This document shows, in pieces, positions 20,303 to 30,168 of a DNA stretch of 64,000 nt. Source of the stretch: Candidatus Borrarchaeum weybense (GTDB taxonomy: Archaea > Asgardarchaeota > Sifarchaeia > Borrarchaeales > Borrarchaeaceae). The position numbers were made by a program, and so were the translations under genes. How positions within the stretch are numbered: position 1 is the first letter of the stretch; each line of letters opens with the position of its first letter. The notes under the pieces are model-generated. The model saw nothing but the letters and a program-made list of their open reading frames with translations, had not been told where the DNA came from and made no database searches. The stretch covers positions 1,012,727-1,076,726 of the forward strand of contig JAHQJS010000004.1 of the NCBI GenBank assembly GCA_019057385.1, written 5' to 3'.

Positions 20303-21730
20303 TCAGTTATCAGCTTTATTATCTACTTCAAGAGCATTTTCAGATTCTTCTAATTTTTGCTCGATGTTAATTAAGTGTTCTTCGATTTCTTTCAATTTCT
20401 TGATTTTTTCATCATATTTACTTACAATTCGCTCTGTATCAATTAACCAGAAATTCGTCTCCAATAATCCTTTTAGAATATCTCGCTCCTTATCAACATC
20501 TCTTATGGATTTCTTGTAACTCTCCTTTAATTCTGTGTATTCCTTGATATATAATCGCAATTCTGATTTTCCAATAACTTTAATGTTTTCTTTTAGTCTA
20601 ATCGAATGCTTCGTCTCAATATGGGTAGCAAACGCAGTTCCACTAGCTCCAGTGCCACAATATGGGCATTCAAATCTGTGTTTTTCTCTTTTTGCATGGT
20701 CTATAATCTCATTTATGTTATTACTCGAAAAATTGCAATTATAACACTCTAAGGGCTCATCTAATTGGGTACTTGATTTTTCACCAATAAATTCAGATAA
20801 GTCTAAAATGCGATGTTCCAACTCATCAAGATTTATTCCCCTTGAGACAACTAATTTCTCAGCGTTTTCTTTTATTGCATTCTTTTGTTCAGGTTGTTCC
20901 CATATCATATGCGGAATTAGCAGTACCAATGTCGTATCAACAAGTTTCCTATCAAGAGCAGCCGCTCCAATTTTTAAGATGTTCACGATTTTCTTCCAGC
21001 GTCTATCTGAAACAACAAAGTTGTTTTTAATGAAATCCTTTCTAAGAACCTTGATTATTTCAATTACTTCTTCCGCAATTTCTATTTTCTTAGCAGATTC
21101 TCGTATCTCTAGAATTTCTTGAAGTGAAAGATTCTTAGAATGCCGAAATTCACCTGCGCCTTTTATGACGACATCGATAAAGTTAGCTTCTTCATGGATT
21201 GGTTCGATCAAATATCTAAACAAGAATCGATCATATAATGCCTCTAAATTCTCATTTTCTTCTGGAAGTTCATTAGATGCTCCAAAAATAGATAATAATG
21301 GCACTTTGACGATTTCTTTACCATTATGATACATTCTTTCATTTATTATAGTTAATAAGCAATTCAAAATAGAGCTATTTGCTTTAAAGATCTCATCTAA
21401 GAATGCAATATGCGCTGTGGGCAAATAGCCATCTATTTTTCTCTGAAAAATATCTTCTTGTAAGGCTTTAATGGACATCGGACCAAATATTTCTTCGGGA
21501 GTAGTAAATCTTGTTAATAGATATTGGAAAAATTGTGCATCTTGAATAACTTCACAGGCTCTTCTTGCCATGAGGCTTTTAGCCGTTCCTGGAGGACCAA
21601 GAAGAAGAACATGTTCACCAGCAAGCATTGCTAAAAGAGAACCTCTAACTGATTCAAAGCGTTCTTTGAAGTTTTGATCAAACTCCTGTATTACCCCTCT
21701 TATTTTTTCTGTTGTTTTAACTGTAGACAA
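20303..21730 (-). CDS. MoxR-family AAA+ ATPase (RavA-like) with two inserted C2H2 zinc fingers
   Basis: GPPGTAKS, LLTRFTTPEEIFGP, FLDEIFKANSSILN, ASNELP, ALYDRF, SDRRW; CYNC..H..H and CPYC..H..H. Confidence 0.92.
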   Translation of the reverse strand: MSTVKTTEKIRGVIQEFDQNFKERFESVRGSLLAMLAGEHVLLLGPPGTAKSLMARRACEVIQDAQFFQYLLTRFTTPEEIFGPMSIKALQEDIFQRKIDGYLPTAHIAFLDEIFKANSSILNCLLTIINERMYHNGKEIVKVPLLSIFGASNELPEENENLEALYDRFLFRYLIEPIHEEANFIDVVIKGAGEFRHSKNLSLQEILEIRESAKKIEIAEEVIEIIKVLRKDFIKNNFVVSDRRWKKIVNILKIGAAALDRKLVDTTLVLLIPHMIWEQPEQKNAIKENAEKLVVSRGINLDELEHRILDLSEFIGEKSSTQLDEPLECYNCNFSSNNINEIIDHAKREKHRFECPYCGTGASGTAFATHIETKHSIRLKENIKVIGKSELRLYIKEYTELKESYKKSIRDVDKERDILKGLLETNFWLIDTERIVSKYDEKIKKLKEIEEHLINIEQKLEESENALEVDNKADN

Positions 21731-21794
21731 TTTCTCACATCCTTTAATCGCAAAAAGTTTTCTTCATTGTCTATGTAAAAAATCAACAATCATT

Positions 21795-21848
21795 TTAAAT
21801 TATCTTTAAGTACCTTAATTATCTTTAATTATCGTTAATTATCTTTAA
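21795..21848. repeat. 10-bp tandem repeat (TTAATTATCT) upstream of the MoxR gene
   Basis: TTAATTATCT-TTAATTATCG-TTAATTATCT-TTAA at 21815-21848 plus a variant copy at about 21795. Confidence 0.6.
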
Positions 21849-22129
21849 AAACCGTGTCATAGTTTTAAAGATATTTTCTATACTTGTTTAAAACCACTAG
21901 AAAAAGTTATTGTACTATTACGTTTGAATATTTACTAATAAGCACCGTATTATTTTCTAAATATACGTAAACGGCTTGTAAAAAATCGAAAACGTATATA
22001 TTGTAATTCTATCTTTAAATTTAAACTTTAATTATCTCCAATTTTGATCATATAAGCTATTTAACGTAATTTTATTGCCTTAATTTCTTTTTCTTCCATT
22101 TCTGAAATAATTTTTCGGTAATTACATTC

Positions 22130-22192
22130 ATTGAAAAAATATGTGTGCAATTGAAGCGATATGTGTTCATTATTGAAAGGATATGTGTGCAT
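22130..22192. repeat. Three imperfect 20-22 bp direct repeats
   Basis: ATTGAA-N3-ATATGTGT(G/T)CA x3. Confidence 0.55.
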
Positions 22193-22209
22193 CATCAAAC
22201 TTTTAGAGA

Positions 22210-23811
22210 TCAATTCTCAATGGATGTGATTATTCCTATCCCTTTTGTTCTCCCTTCACGAAATAGGATTTTTTGACCTTCCATAATGTATTCTGGCTTA
22301 TATTTAAAGCGAAATGTGACATTTGCTCTTTGACCAGTCCTTAACGGAGCTTCAGACATTTCAATTATTTTTGCGGTTTGTCGAACAGTATTAACGTGTA
22401 TTACAGCTTCATAACCCATTCTTATCGTTGTTGGATGATACAGAACGAAAACATTAGCTGAGAATGATCTAACTACTGGGATATCATTTCTCTGCGTCAA
22501 TATCATACCCTTACGCACATCATTATAATCAATGCCATGTAAAGCATATGTTCCACTTTGTCCAGCGTGTAAATGCTTGACGGGTACTCTTTTGTAATGA
22601 ATTGAACGGATCCTTGTTTCTTTGAATGGGTTTCCTCCTGAAAAGGGTCCAAGTTTTACAATGTCATTTGCATGAATTGTTCCTCGATTTATAGTACCGC
22701 TTACAACAGTTCCAACGCCTGAAACGCTGAATACTTCGTCGATATAAAGTAGGAACTCATCATCTTCGTATTCATCCCATTTCAAACGAGCAGGAACCAA
22801 GTTAAAAAAATTACGTAATAAGTCAAATCCTTCTCCAGTTACACAAGAAATCTTGAATATAGGTGCAACACGACCAGATGGAATGTGTTTCGAAGCAACA
22901 ACCATATCATCATAATTTTTAATAATCATAGGGATTTTATCAACGCCGGGTAATTTTAAAACTGATTTTACTTGATCCTGGGTTCTTTTTGTTATTTCTA
23001 GGTTAACTAAGTCGATTTTATTTATTACCACAATCATTGGAATTTTTAGAGCTGCTGAAACCCCAAGATGTTCCTTGGTCATTCGAAGAACGCCTGCATT
23101 AGCACCTATTACAAGGAGACTGTAATCTGGTGCATACCCTGCGAGTCCAAAAATCGTAGTTTTAAGATAACGTTCATGCCCAGCTAAATCAACGAATGAA
23201 ATAATTTTAGAACTATTTTCAACCACTTCGCTCATCGTTAATGGAGAAACTGAAGCAGAAGGTGAAGAATAATTAACAGTTCGCCCCTTCGCGTCAAATC
23301 CTAACACTTGATGCGAAACCGAACTTGTTCTACCACTTTCAATTTCATGTAGATGGCGAAGCACCTTTAATCTGGCAGATCCTCGCCCGTCATCTAAATC
23401 ATTAGAGATCAGACAGCCGATTATTGTACTTTTCCCAGAATCTACATTACCCACAGTATCAATTGTGATGTCAATTGGCAGATCTTCTGCGCCGATGATT
23501 CTCCGTATGAGATATTCTCCAACTTTCCCCTCTTCACCATCTCTTATACGTATTCGAGAAACTTGTGCGTTGATTAATGCTGCAATTTCTGTTAGAGTAT
23601 TTTCTGATTCTTCAAGTTCGGTTTCTGAGATTCCAATAAGCCTACCATCATCTTCTACGCCTATTAAGTAGATTGCCTCGCCGCCACCTTCACCAAGGCG
23701 AAAGTGCATTTGTGTAGCTAGACTATCTAATTTCTGCTGATTTGTTAGAAGATTCGTTAGAGTAAGTTTATATTCGACATTGCCTGTGTCAAGTTCTTTA
23801 GCTCTTTTCAA
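22210..23811 (-). CDS. GTPBP1/GTPBP2-family translational GTPase (archaeal GPBP)
   Basis: GNVEYK, GNVDSGKST, HEIESGRTSS, DLAGHERYLKTT, NKID, FREGRTKGIG. Confidence 0.93.
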   Translation of the reverse strand: MKRAKELDTGNVEYKLTLTNLLTNQQKLDSLATQMHFRLGEGGGEAIYLIGVEDDGRLIGISETELEESENTLTEIAALINAQVSRIRIRDGEEGKVGEYLIRRIIGAEDLPIDITIDTVGNVDSGKSTIIGCLISNDLDDGRGSARLKVLRHLHEIESGRTSSVSHQVLGFDAKGRTVNYSSPSASVSPLTMSEVVENSSKIISFVDLAGHERYLKTTIFGLAGYAPDYSLLVIGANAGVLRMTKEHLGVSAALKIPMIVVINKIDLVNLEITKRTQDQVKSVLKLPGVDKIPMIIKNYDDMVVASKHIPSGRVAPIFKISCVTGEGFDLLRNFFNLVPARLKWDEYEDDEFLLYIDEVFSVSGVGTVVSGTINRGTIHANDIVKLGPFSGGNPFKETRIRSIHYKRVPVKHLHAGQSGTYALHGIDYNDVRKGMILTQRNDIPVVRSFSANVFVLYHPTTIRMGYEAVIHVNTVRQTAKIIEMSEAPLRTGQRANVTFRFKYKPEYIMEGQKILFREGRTKGIGIITSIEN

Positions 23812-24072
23812 AGAGTGATTCCCACCTCTTGACGTTTCTAAATGTCCAAGAGTTTATTTAAGTTCTCATTGCAATTCTCTGGGACTCTTATAGATCTATT
23901 TTTTATTCAGTGAATCTCCCATATCTTTTTTAAGATATATTAGATTATTACTTTTGTGAAGCTGTTGAGGTACTTCACATGATCGATAATTTTGTATGAG
24001 CTAATTATTCTTAAGTTTACCAACTTAATCAAAATAAAAAGCATAAACATGTATGTCTGTATAATATGAGGT

Positions 24073-25479
24073 TTGGCGATGATTGATATATTTCATGATA
24101 TGAGTTCATTAGAATGCTTCTTTGCACCAAAAAGCGTTGCAGTTATTGGTGCATCATCTACAATAGGCAAAATTGGCAATGTAATTTTTCAGAATTTTGC
24201 GATGGGGCAGTTTAAAGGAAAAGCATACCCTGTAAACCCTCGTTTAGATGAAATTATCGGAATAAAATGCTATGCGAGTGTCAAAGATATTCCAGAAGAA
24301 ATAGATTTAGCTGTTATTGCAATTCCTGCTAAATTTGTACCCCAAGTAATGCAAGAATGTGGCGAAAAAGGTGTTAAGTGCGTCATTGTCGTATCCGCAG
24401 GATTTGCTGAGATCGGGGGCGAGGGGATAATTCTTGAACAAGAGATAATACACCTCGCCAAAAAGTTTCACATGAGGCTGCTTGGTCCAAATTGCATTGG
24501 GGTGTTTGATTCCAATACCCATGTTGACACAATCTTTCTCCCGATCGTAAGGATGTCAAGACCAAATTCAGGTCCGATAGCAATTGTGAGTCAGAGCGGA
24601 GCGTTTATGAGTTCATTACTTGACTGGACTGCTGCAGAAGGATTAGGGCTGTCAAAAGCAATCAGTATAGGTAATAAAGCTGATGTTGACGAAAGTGATC
24701 TTGTAGAATATCTTGCAAACGATCCTTTGACTAAGGTTATAACTGCTTATTTAGAGAGCATTGAGAATGGTAATACATTTATTCGCGTTGCAAAGAAGGT
24801 GACGAAACAGAAACCTATAGTTCTTATGAAAGCCGGTAGGACAAAAGGAGGTGCTTCTGCCGCTGCCTCGCATACTGGTGCGTTAGCGGGTACCGATGAA
24901 GTAATTGATGCGGTGATCAGGCAATTAGGAATTCTCCGTGTCGAAAATTCTGAACAGATGCTCGATTTAGCAAATGCATTAGCCTTTCAACCATATGCAA
25001 AGGGTGATAGAATCCTGATTGTCACAAACGGAGGAGGAGCTGGTGTTATGTCTGTAGATAAACTAGAACAACTTGGTTTGAAGGTTCCGCTACTTTCTGA
25101 AGATGTACAACATCAGATGATGCAACATTATCCTCCTTATTGTGTTGCTCGTAATCCTGTTGATCTAACAGGGGATACTGACGCAGAGAGATATCGTATT
25201 GCCTTGGAACTGGGTCTTAAGTCTGACGAAATTGATGCAGCTTTAGTAATTCTCCTGTTTCAAACCCCTTCTCTAGAAATTGAAGCAGTGGAAGTTGTAC
25301 AGAACGCACAAAGATTCAAAAAACCTATTGTTGTTGCTTGCGTTGGGGGAGAACTGGCAGCTGTTTTCTCACGTAAATTGGAAAAATTCGACATACCTGT
25401 ATACCCAATCCCTGAACGTGCAGCTTTTGCAATGTGGGGACTCGTACAATATGGAAAATGGTTAAACCATGTTGACTGA
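24073..25479 (+). CDS. acdA: Acetate/acyl-CoA ligase (ADP-forming) alpha subunit
   Basis: PKSVAVIGAS, GPNCIG, SQSGA, ASHTGALAG phospho-His, TNGGGAGV, NPVDLTGD. Confidence 0.92.
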   Translation: MAMIDIFHDMSSLECFFAPKSVAVIGASSTIGKIGNVIFQNFAMGQFKGKAYPVNPRLDEIIGIKCYASVKDIPEEIDLAVIAIPAKFVPQVMQECGEKGVKCVIVVSAGFAEIGGEGIILEQEIIHLAKKFHMRLLGPNCIGVFDSNTHVDTIFLPIVRMSRPNSGPIAIVSQSGAFMSSLLDWTAAEGLGLSKAISIGNKADVDESDLVEYLANDPLTKVITAYLESIENGNTFIRVAKKVTKQKPIVLMKAGRTKGGASAAASHTGALAGTDEVIDAVIRQLGILRVENSEQMLDLANALAFQPYAKGDRILIVTNGGGAGVMSVDKLEQLGLKVPLLSEDVQHQMMQHYPPYCVARNPVDLTGDTDAERYRIALELGLKSDEIDAALVILLFQTPSLEIEAVEVVQNAQRFKKPIVVACVGGELAAVFSRKLEKFDIPVYPIPERAAFAMWGLVQYGKWLNHVD

Positions 25480-25607
25480 TTTTTTCAAAATTCTCATTTT
25501 CCATAAAAGTTTTTAATTGTAACTTTTAAGATGTACCCGAATGGTTATTTGAGGAAATACATGTGCATTAACTGCCGAACACAACAATTAACAGAGGAAA
25601 ACATACG

Positions 25608-26894
25608 TTGATTCGTCATAAGGAAGAAACCTTACCAAAACGAGAACTAAAAAAACTACAATTTAAAAGGCTAAAAGAAACTGTTTCAAGAGGCTATGAA
25701 GTGCCTTATTATCGCACGAAAATGAAGGAACACGGAATTACTCCTGATGAAATTCGTACGCTGGATGACATTCGCACCCTTCCATTTATGACAAAAGAAG
25801 ACTTTCGAAAAGCATTTCCGTTTGGGCTATTAGGGGTTCCGATAGAAAGGGTTGTTCGTATTCATGCGACGTCTGGTACCACAGGGACGCCTTCCACAGC
25901 GTTTTATACCGCGCAAGATATCGATACATGGACTGAACTCATTGCAAGAAACCTTACATCCATCGGAGTAACTGCTGCGGATAGATTTCAGAATACCGTT
26001 TCACATGGGTTATTTACTGGCGGAATGGGGTATTTACAAGGAGCTCAACGAGTTGGTGCCATGGTGATTCCTTTCGGTGGTGGAATGACGCTTAAACAAC
26101 TTGAGTTTATGAGAGATTTCAAAGTGACATCTTTTCATGCGATCCCAAGCTTTGGCTTGAAAATGGCGGAAACGGCAAAGAAGGAAGGCATTAGCGGTGA
26201 ACTATCCCTTAGAATAGGAATGTTAGGAGCAGAGAATTGGTCTGAAGGCACTCGAAAGAAAATTGAGGAAGGTCTTCAGATTGATGTATATGATAACTAT
26301 GGTCTAACAGAACTTGTTGGTCCTGGCGTATCTTGCGAATGTCCAGAAAAGAATGGAATGCATGTCTGGGAAGATCATTTTCTATTTGAAGTTCTTGATC
26401 CAGAAACAGATGAGTTATTAGGTCCTAATGAAGACGGAGAGATGGTCCTTACTGCGCTTACAAAAGAAGCGTTTCCCTGTATTCGCTTCAGAACGGGTGA
26501 TCTTTGCTCAGTATTAGAAGGAGATATTTGCGGATGTGGTAGAACTCATCAGAGGATTTCACGAATTAAAGGTAGAATTGATGATGGATTCATTATTAGA
26601 GGTGTGAATATCTTTCCAAAACAAATTGAAGAGGTCATTATGCAGTTTCCAGAGATTGGTTACAACTATTATATCAAATTATGGACAAAAGGGGTTATGG
26701 ATGAAATTACTGTATACGCTGAAACAAATAACTTTAATGATACACACGCTAGAATTGCTCTTCAGCGAGATATAACAAGAGCATTGTATGAAACTGTCAG
26801 AATTCGAGTTAATGTTGAACTTGTTGAAGAGGATGGGATACCTAGGCAAGAAGGTAAAGCAAAACGTCTTCTTGATGAAAGAGAAGAAAAATAA
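25608..26894 (+). CDS. paaK: Phenylacetate-CoA ligase family
   Basis: HATSGTTG, YGLTELVGPGV, RFRTGDL, GRIDD..IRGVNIFP, EGKAKR. Confidence 0.9.
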   Translation: MIRHKEETLPKRELKKLQFKRLKETVSRGYEVPYYRTKMKEHGITPDEIRTLDDIRTLPFMTKEDFRKAFPFGLLGVPIERVVRIHATSGTTGTPSTAFYTAQDIDTWTELIARNLTSIGVTAADRFQNTVSHGLFTGGMGYLQGAQRVGAMVIPFGGGMTLKQLEFMRDFKVTSFHAIPSFGLKMAETAKKEGISGELSLRIGMLGAENWSEGTRKKIEEGLQIDVYDNYGLTELVGPGVSCECPEKNGMHVWEDHFLFEVLDPETDELLGPNEDGEMVLTALTKEAFPCIRFRTGDLCSVLEGDICGCGRTHQRISRIKGRIDDGFIIRGVNIFPKQIEEVIMQFPEIGYNYYIKLWTKGVMDEITVYAETNNFNDTHARIALQRDITRALYETVRIRVNVELVEEDGIPRQEGKAKRLLDEREEK

Positions 26895-26931
26895 TTAATA
26901 GATCTGTTTTCTAAAGCACTTTTTTACTTTT

Positions 26932-28494
26932 CTATTTTCTTGAATGTTTTTTGAGTGCTTTTGCTAGATTATTTTTAGCATTACTGTGATTTGGATCAAT
27001 CTTCAGGGCAGTTTCATAACAATCAATCTCTTTAGAATATTCTCCTAATTCTCCATAGGTAACACCCATACTGAACCACGCATCTAGAAACTCAGGGTTG
27101 AGTTCCACGGCTTTGTTGAAGAAATCAATCGCTCTATTATGAGCTCCCAACTTTCTGACGGTATTTCCCATATTATTCCATGCTTTTGCGTATTCTGGAT
27201 TTAGTTCCACAGCTTTTCGGTAGCATTTTATTGCATTATTGTAGTCATTTAAAATTCCGCAAATTATGCCCATGTTAAAATACGTTTTTTCATGCGGATT
27301 GATGTCTGCAGCTTTCTGATATGTTTCAATAGCGTTATTATACTCTCCTAAAATCCCATAAACCAATCCCATGTTAAGATATGCATTTTCATCATGAAGT
27401 TTTATGTTTAAAACTCTTTGATAGCAATCGATAGCCTTATCGAATTCGCCTAACTCTCTATAAATTCCACCCATATTGAACCATACATCTGCATCCGCAG
27501 GGTTAACGTTCACTACTTTTCGATAGGCGTGAATTGCGTTGCTGTATTCATGTAACTCTCCATAAGTCAATCCCAAGTGGTACCATGTGTCCTTATCATC
27601 TTCATTGATGGCTACTACTTTCTGAAAAGCAGTTATCGCGTCTCTATACTCTCCTATCATTTCATAATGAACACCTAAATTGTACCATGCTTCTATATCT
27701 CCAGGATTTGATTCTACTACCTTTTTTGTGCATTCAATGACTTTTTCATGCTTTCCTAGCCTCTGATAACATTCTATAGCCTTTCTATACTTTTTTAATT
27801 TCTCATAAGCTATTGCCATATAGTTTAAAGCCTCTGCGCTGTCAGGGTTGATGTTCAATGCATTCTGGTAGCATACAATAGCCTTAAAAAAATTATTTAA
27901 ATTTTCATAGGCAACGCCCGTTTGAATCCATGCATCAGTGTAAGTTGGTTTTATTTCCACGGCTTTTTGATATACTTCAATTGCTTTATTGTACTCTCCC
28001 ATATCATTGTAAATCCATCCCAAGCTAAACCATATTTTTGTATCATTCGGGTTGATGTTCAAAGCTTTTTGATAGCACTCAATCGCTTTTTTTAAGTGCT
28101 GACTTTCGTGTGCTAACCCAACTTTGTATTTGTCTAGCTTTTCATAAGCTAATCCCATGTTGTATAATGCACCAGTATGCTTTGAGTTGATTTTCAATGC
28201 TTTCTGATAGCAGTCGATTGCCTTCTTATACTCACCTAACTTGAAGTATGCTACCCCCATGTTGATCCATGCCGCAATATGTTTGAACTTGATTCTTACA
28301 ACTCCTTGATAAGATTCGATCGCCTTCTCATATTCTTCCAATGCAAGGTATGCTTTTCCCATACCGACCCATGCTTGAAAGCTTATATTTCTTGGATCGG
28401 ATTTCACAGCCCTTTCATAGTCTTCAATGGCTTTTCTGTATTGTCCTCTGCTATGATAAACTTTGCCTCTTCTTATGTAGTTTTCTGCTTCCAT
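26932..28494 (-). CDS. TPR-repeat protein (about 14 repeats)
   Basis: Recurring W.nmG..y..lgey.kAi.cy.kAl.inP 34-aa units. Confidence 0.95.
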   Translation of the reverse strand: MEAENYIRRGKVYHSRGQYRKAIEDYERAVKSDPRNISFQAWVGMGKAYLALEEYEKAIESYQGVVRIKFKHIAAWINMGVAYFKLGEYKKAIDCYQKALKINSKHTGALYNMGLAYEKLDKYKVGLAHESQHLKKAIECYQKALNINPNDTKIWFSLGWIYNDMGEYNKAIEVYQKAVEIKPTYTDAWIQTGVAYENLNNFFKAIVCYQNALNINPDSAEALNYMAIAYEKLKKYRKAIECYQRLGKHEKVIECTKKVVESNPGDIEAWYNLGVHYEMIGEYRDAITAFQKVVAINEDDKDTWYHLGLTYGELHEYSNAIHAYRKVVNVNPADADVWFNMGGIYRELGEFDKAIDCYQRVLNIKLHDENAYLNMGLVYGILGEYNNAIETYQKAADINPHEKTYFNMGIICGILNDYNNAIKCYRKAVELNPEYAKAWNNMGNTVRKLGAHNRAIDFFNKAVELNPEFLDAWFSMGVTYGELGEYSKEIDCYETALKIDPNHSNAKNNLAKALKKHSRK

Positions 28495-28758
28495 CTCTGT
28501 GACTACTCCCTTGACTTTTGCACGTATTTGTTATAATTAAGTATTTTGGTTAACATTGTCAGAAAATTTCCCAAAGTAAAACTACGGGCACACAACACAA
28601 TAAGGTAAATAATCTTTAAAGGATTGACAAATTGGAAGAATTGAAAGTTAAATTGAACCGTTTAAACGCTTTAAAAGACTGAGTACGAAAAGTCTTTATA
28701 GGTTTAATAAGTGTAATGACCATACAAAAAAATCAGTTAGGTTTTGGTTTGAAGTCTG

Positions 28759-29319
28759 ATGATACATAATATACTTTTGGTTAAAAATGAACGTTGTATA
28801 TTCAACTACAAAACGGGAACGAAGAAGAGTTTAGATGAAGTTATGTTTTCGGGTTTACTTGACACTATGTTTCAATTGGGACGTGTAGTATTAGAAAAAA
28901 GAAAAATCAATAAGATATCATTTCACGATGTTCGAGCAGCTTTTCAACCACTCAGTAGTGAAATCGTCATTGGTATTGTTGAAGATGCTGAAAATGATTT
29001 AAACACAAGCGACGGTACAGATTTACTTTTGAAAGAAATCTCAACAGCTCTCTATCCAATTATCTCGATTCTTGAGCAAAAAAGGATCAATCCAGAAGCA
29101 ATTGAAAAAATTCCTTGGATAGAGCAAGAGATTACAGCAGCTCTTGAGAAAGCAATTTATAAGATTCCTTGCCCGTATTTGAAAAAGAAAAGAATTGGAA
29201 ACCACTGCAATTTCATCAAGGGATCGATTGGGGGAAAATTTGTAAATGATATTTGCAACTTACGTGATGTAAGTAACTGTCAGTATCTTAAAGATGAGTC
29301 ATACTATAATGAAAACTAG
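28759..29319 (+). CDS. Longin-like domain protein with Cys-rich C-terminus
   Basis: MIHNILLV...CIF..DEVMFSGLLDTMFQLG..INKISF matches the Asgard longin pattern; four Cys in the tail. Confidence 0.6.
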   Translation: MIHNILLVKNERCIFNYKTGTKKSLDEVMFSGLLDTMFQLGRVVLEKRKINKISFHDVRAAFQPLSSEIVIGIVEDAENDLNTSDGTDLLLKEISTALYPIISILEQKRINPEAIEKIPWIEQEITAALEKAIYKIPCPYLKKKRIGNHCNFIKGSIGGKFVNDICNLRDVSNCQYLKDESYYNEN

Positions 29320-29385
29320 ACTATTCATTAAAGATTCTTTTTATAATAACAAATAGTAATTTCTTTGTTTTATCATGTCCTTTAG

Positions 29386-30090
29386 ATGGAGTTGACTATG
29401 AAAATTACTGGTGAATTACACAAAGGTGTTTTTTTAAGGCGTTTAAATCGTTTTGTAGCAGAGGTCGAAGTAAATAACGAAAAGCATCTTGCGCATGTTG
29501 CTGACCCTGGGCGTATGAAAGAGCTATTATTACCTAGAACTGAAGTTCTCTTGCGAAAAATTACCTTGAATGAAAAAAGAAAGACTAATTGGGATATGTT
29601 GGGAGTTTATACTCCAACAAGCTTAGTTTCTGTCGACTCTAGGCTCCCAAATGATTTGATAGCTGAAGCACTAAAAGATTCCCGATTAAAAGAATTCTCT
29701 GAATATGAACTCGTTCGAAGAGAATACACATATGACTCCAGTCGGTTTGATTTTTTGTTACAATCAAAAGAAAACCAATGTTTGTTAGAGGTAAAATCTT
29801 GCACCCTAGTTAAAAATGAGCATGCCTTTTTTCCTGATGCCCCAACAATAAGGGGCAGAAGACACCTGCTAGAACTAATTAAAGCGAAACATGAGGGTTA
29901 TCGCGCTTGTGTCATTTTCGTTATTCAACGAGATGATGCATCTGTTTTTTCTCCAAACGATGAAATTGATCCCGATTTTTCAGATACATTACGACTTGCT
30001 GCTTCCGAGAGCGTAGAAGTCTTTGCTTACCGATGTGAAGTTACTGAGACATCAATTAAATTAAAGGAACAGGTTGACATCGTTCTTTAA
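29386..30090 (+). CDS. sfsA: DNA/RNA nuclease SfsA
   Basis: RLNRF, DPGRMKELL, SRFDFLL, LEVKSCTL, FPDAPTIRGRRHL. Confidence 0.95.
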   Translation: MELTMKITGELHKGVFLRRLNRFVAEVEVNNEKHLAHVADPGRMKELLLPRTEVLLRKITLNEKRKTNWDMLGVYTPTSLVSVDSRLPNDLIAEALKDSRLKEFSEYELVRREYTYDSSRFDFLLQSKENQCLLEVKSCTLVKNEHAFFPDAPTIRGRRHLLELIKAKHEGYRACVIFVIQRDDASVFSPNDEIDPDFSDTLRLAASESVEVFAYRCEVTETSIKLKEQVDIVL

Positions 30091-30168
30091 ATTTACCTAT
30101 ATAATTTTAATAATGGACATCTTAGTCCTTATAAAAATGGGACAAATCATCATGGAGTATGAATTATC

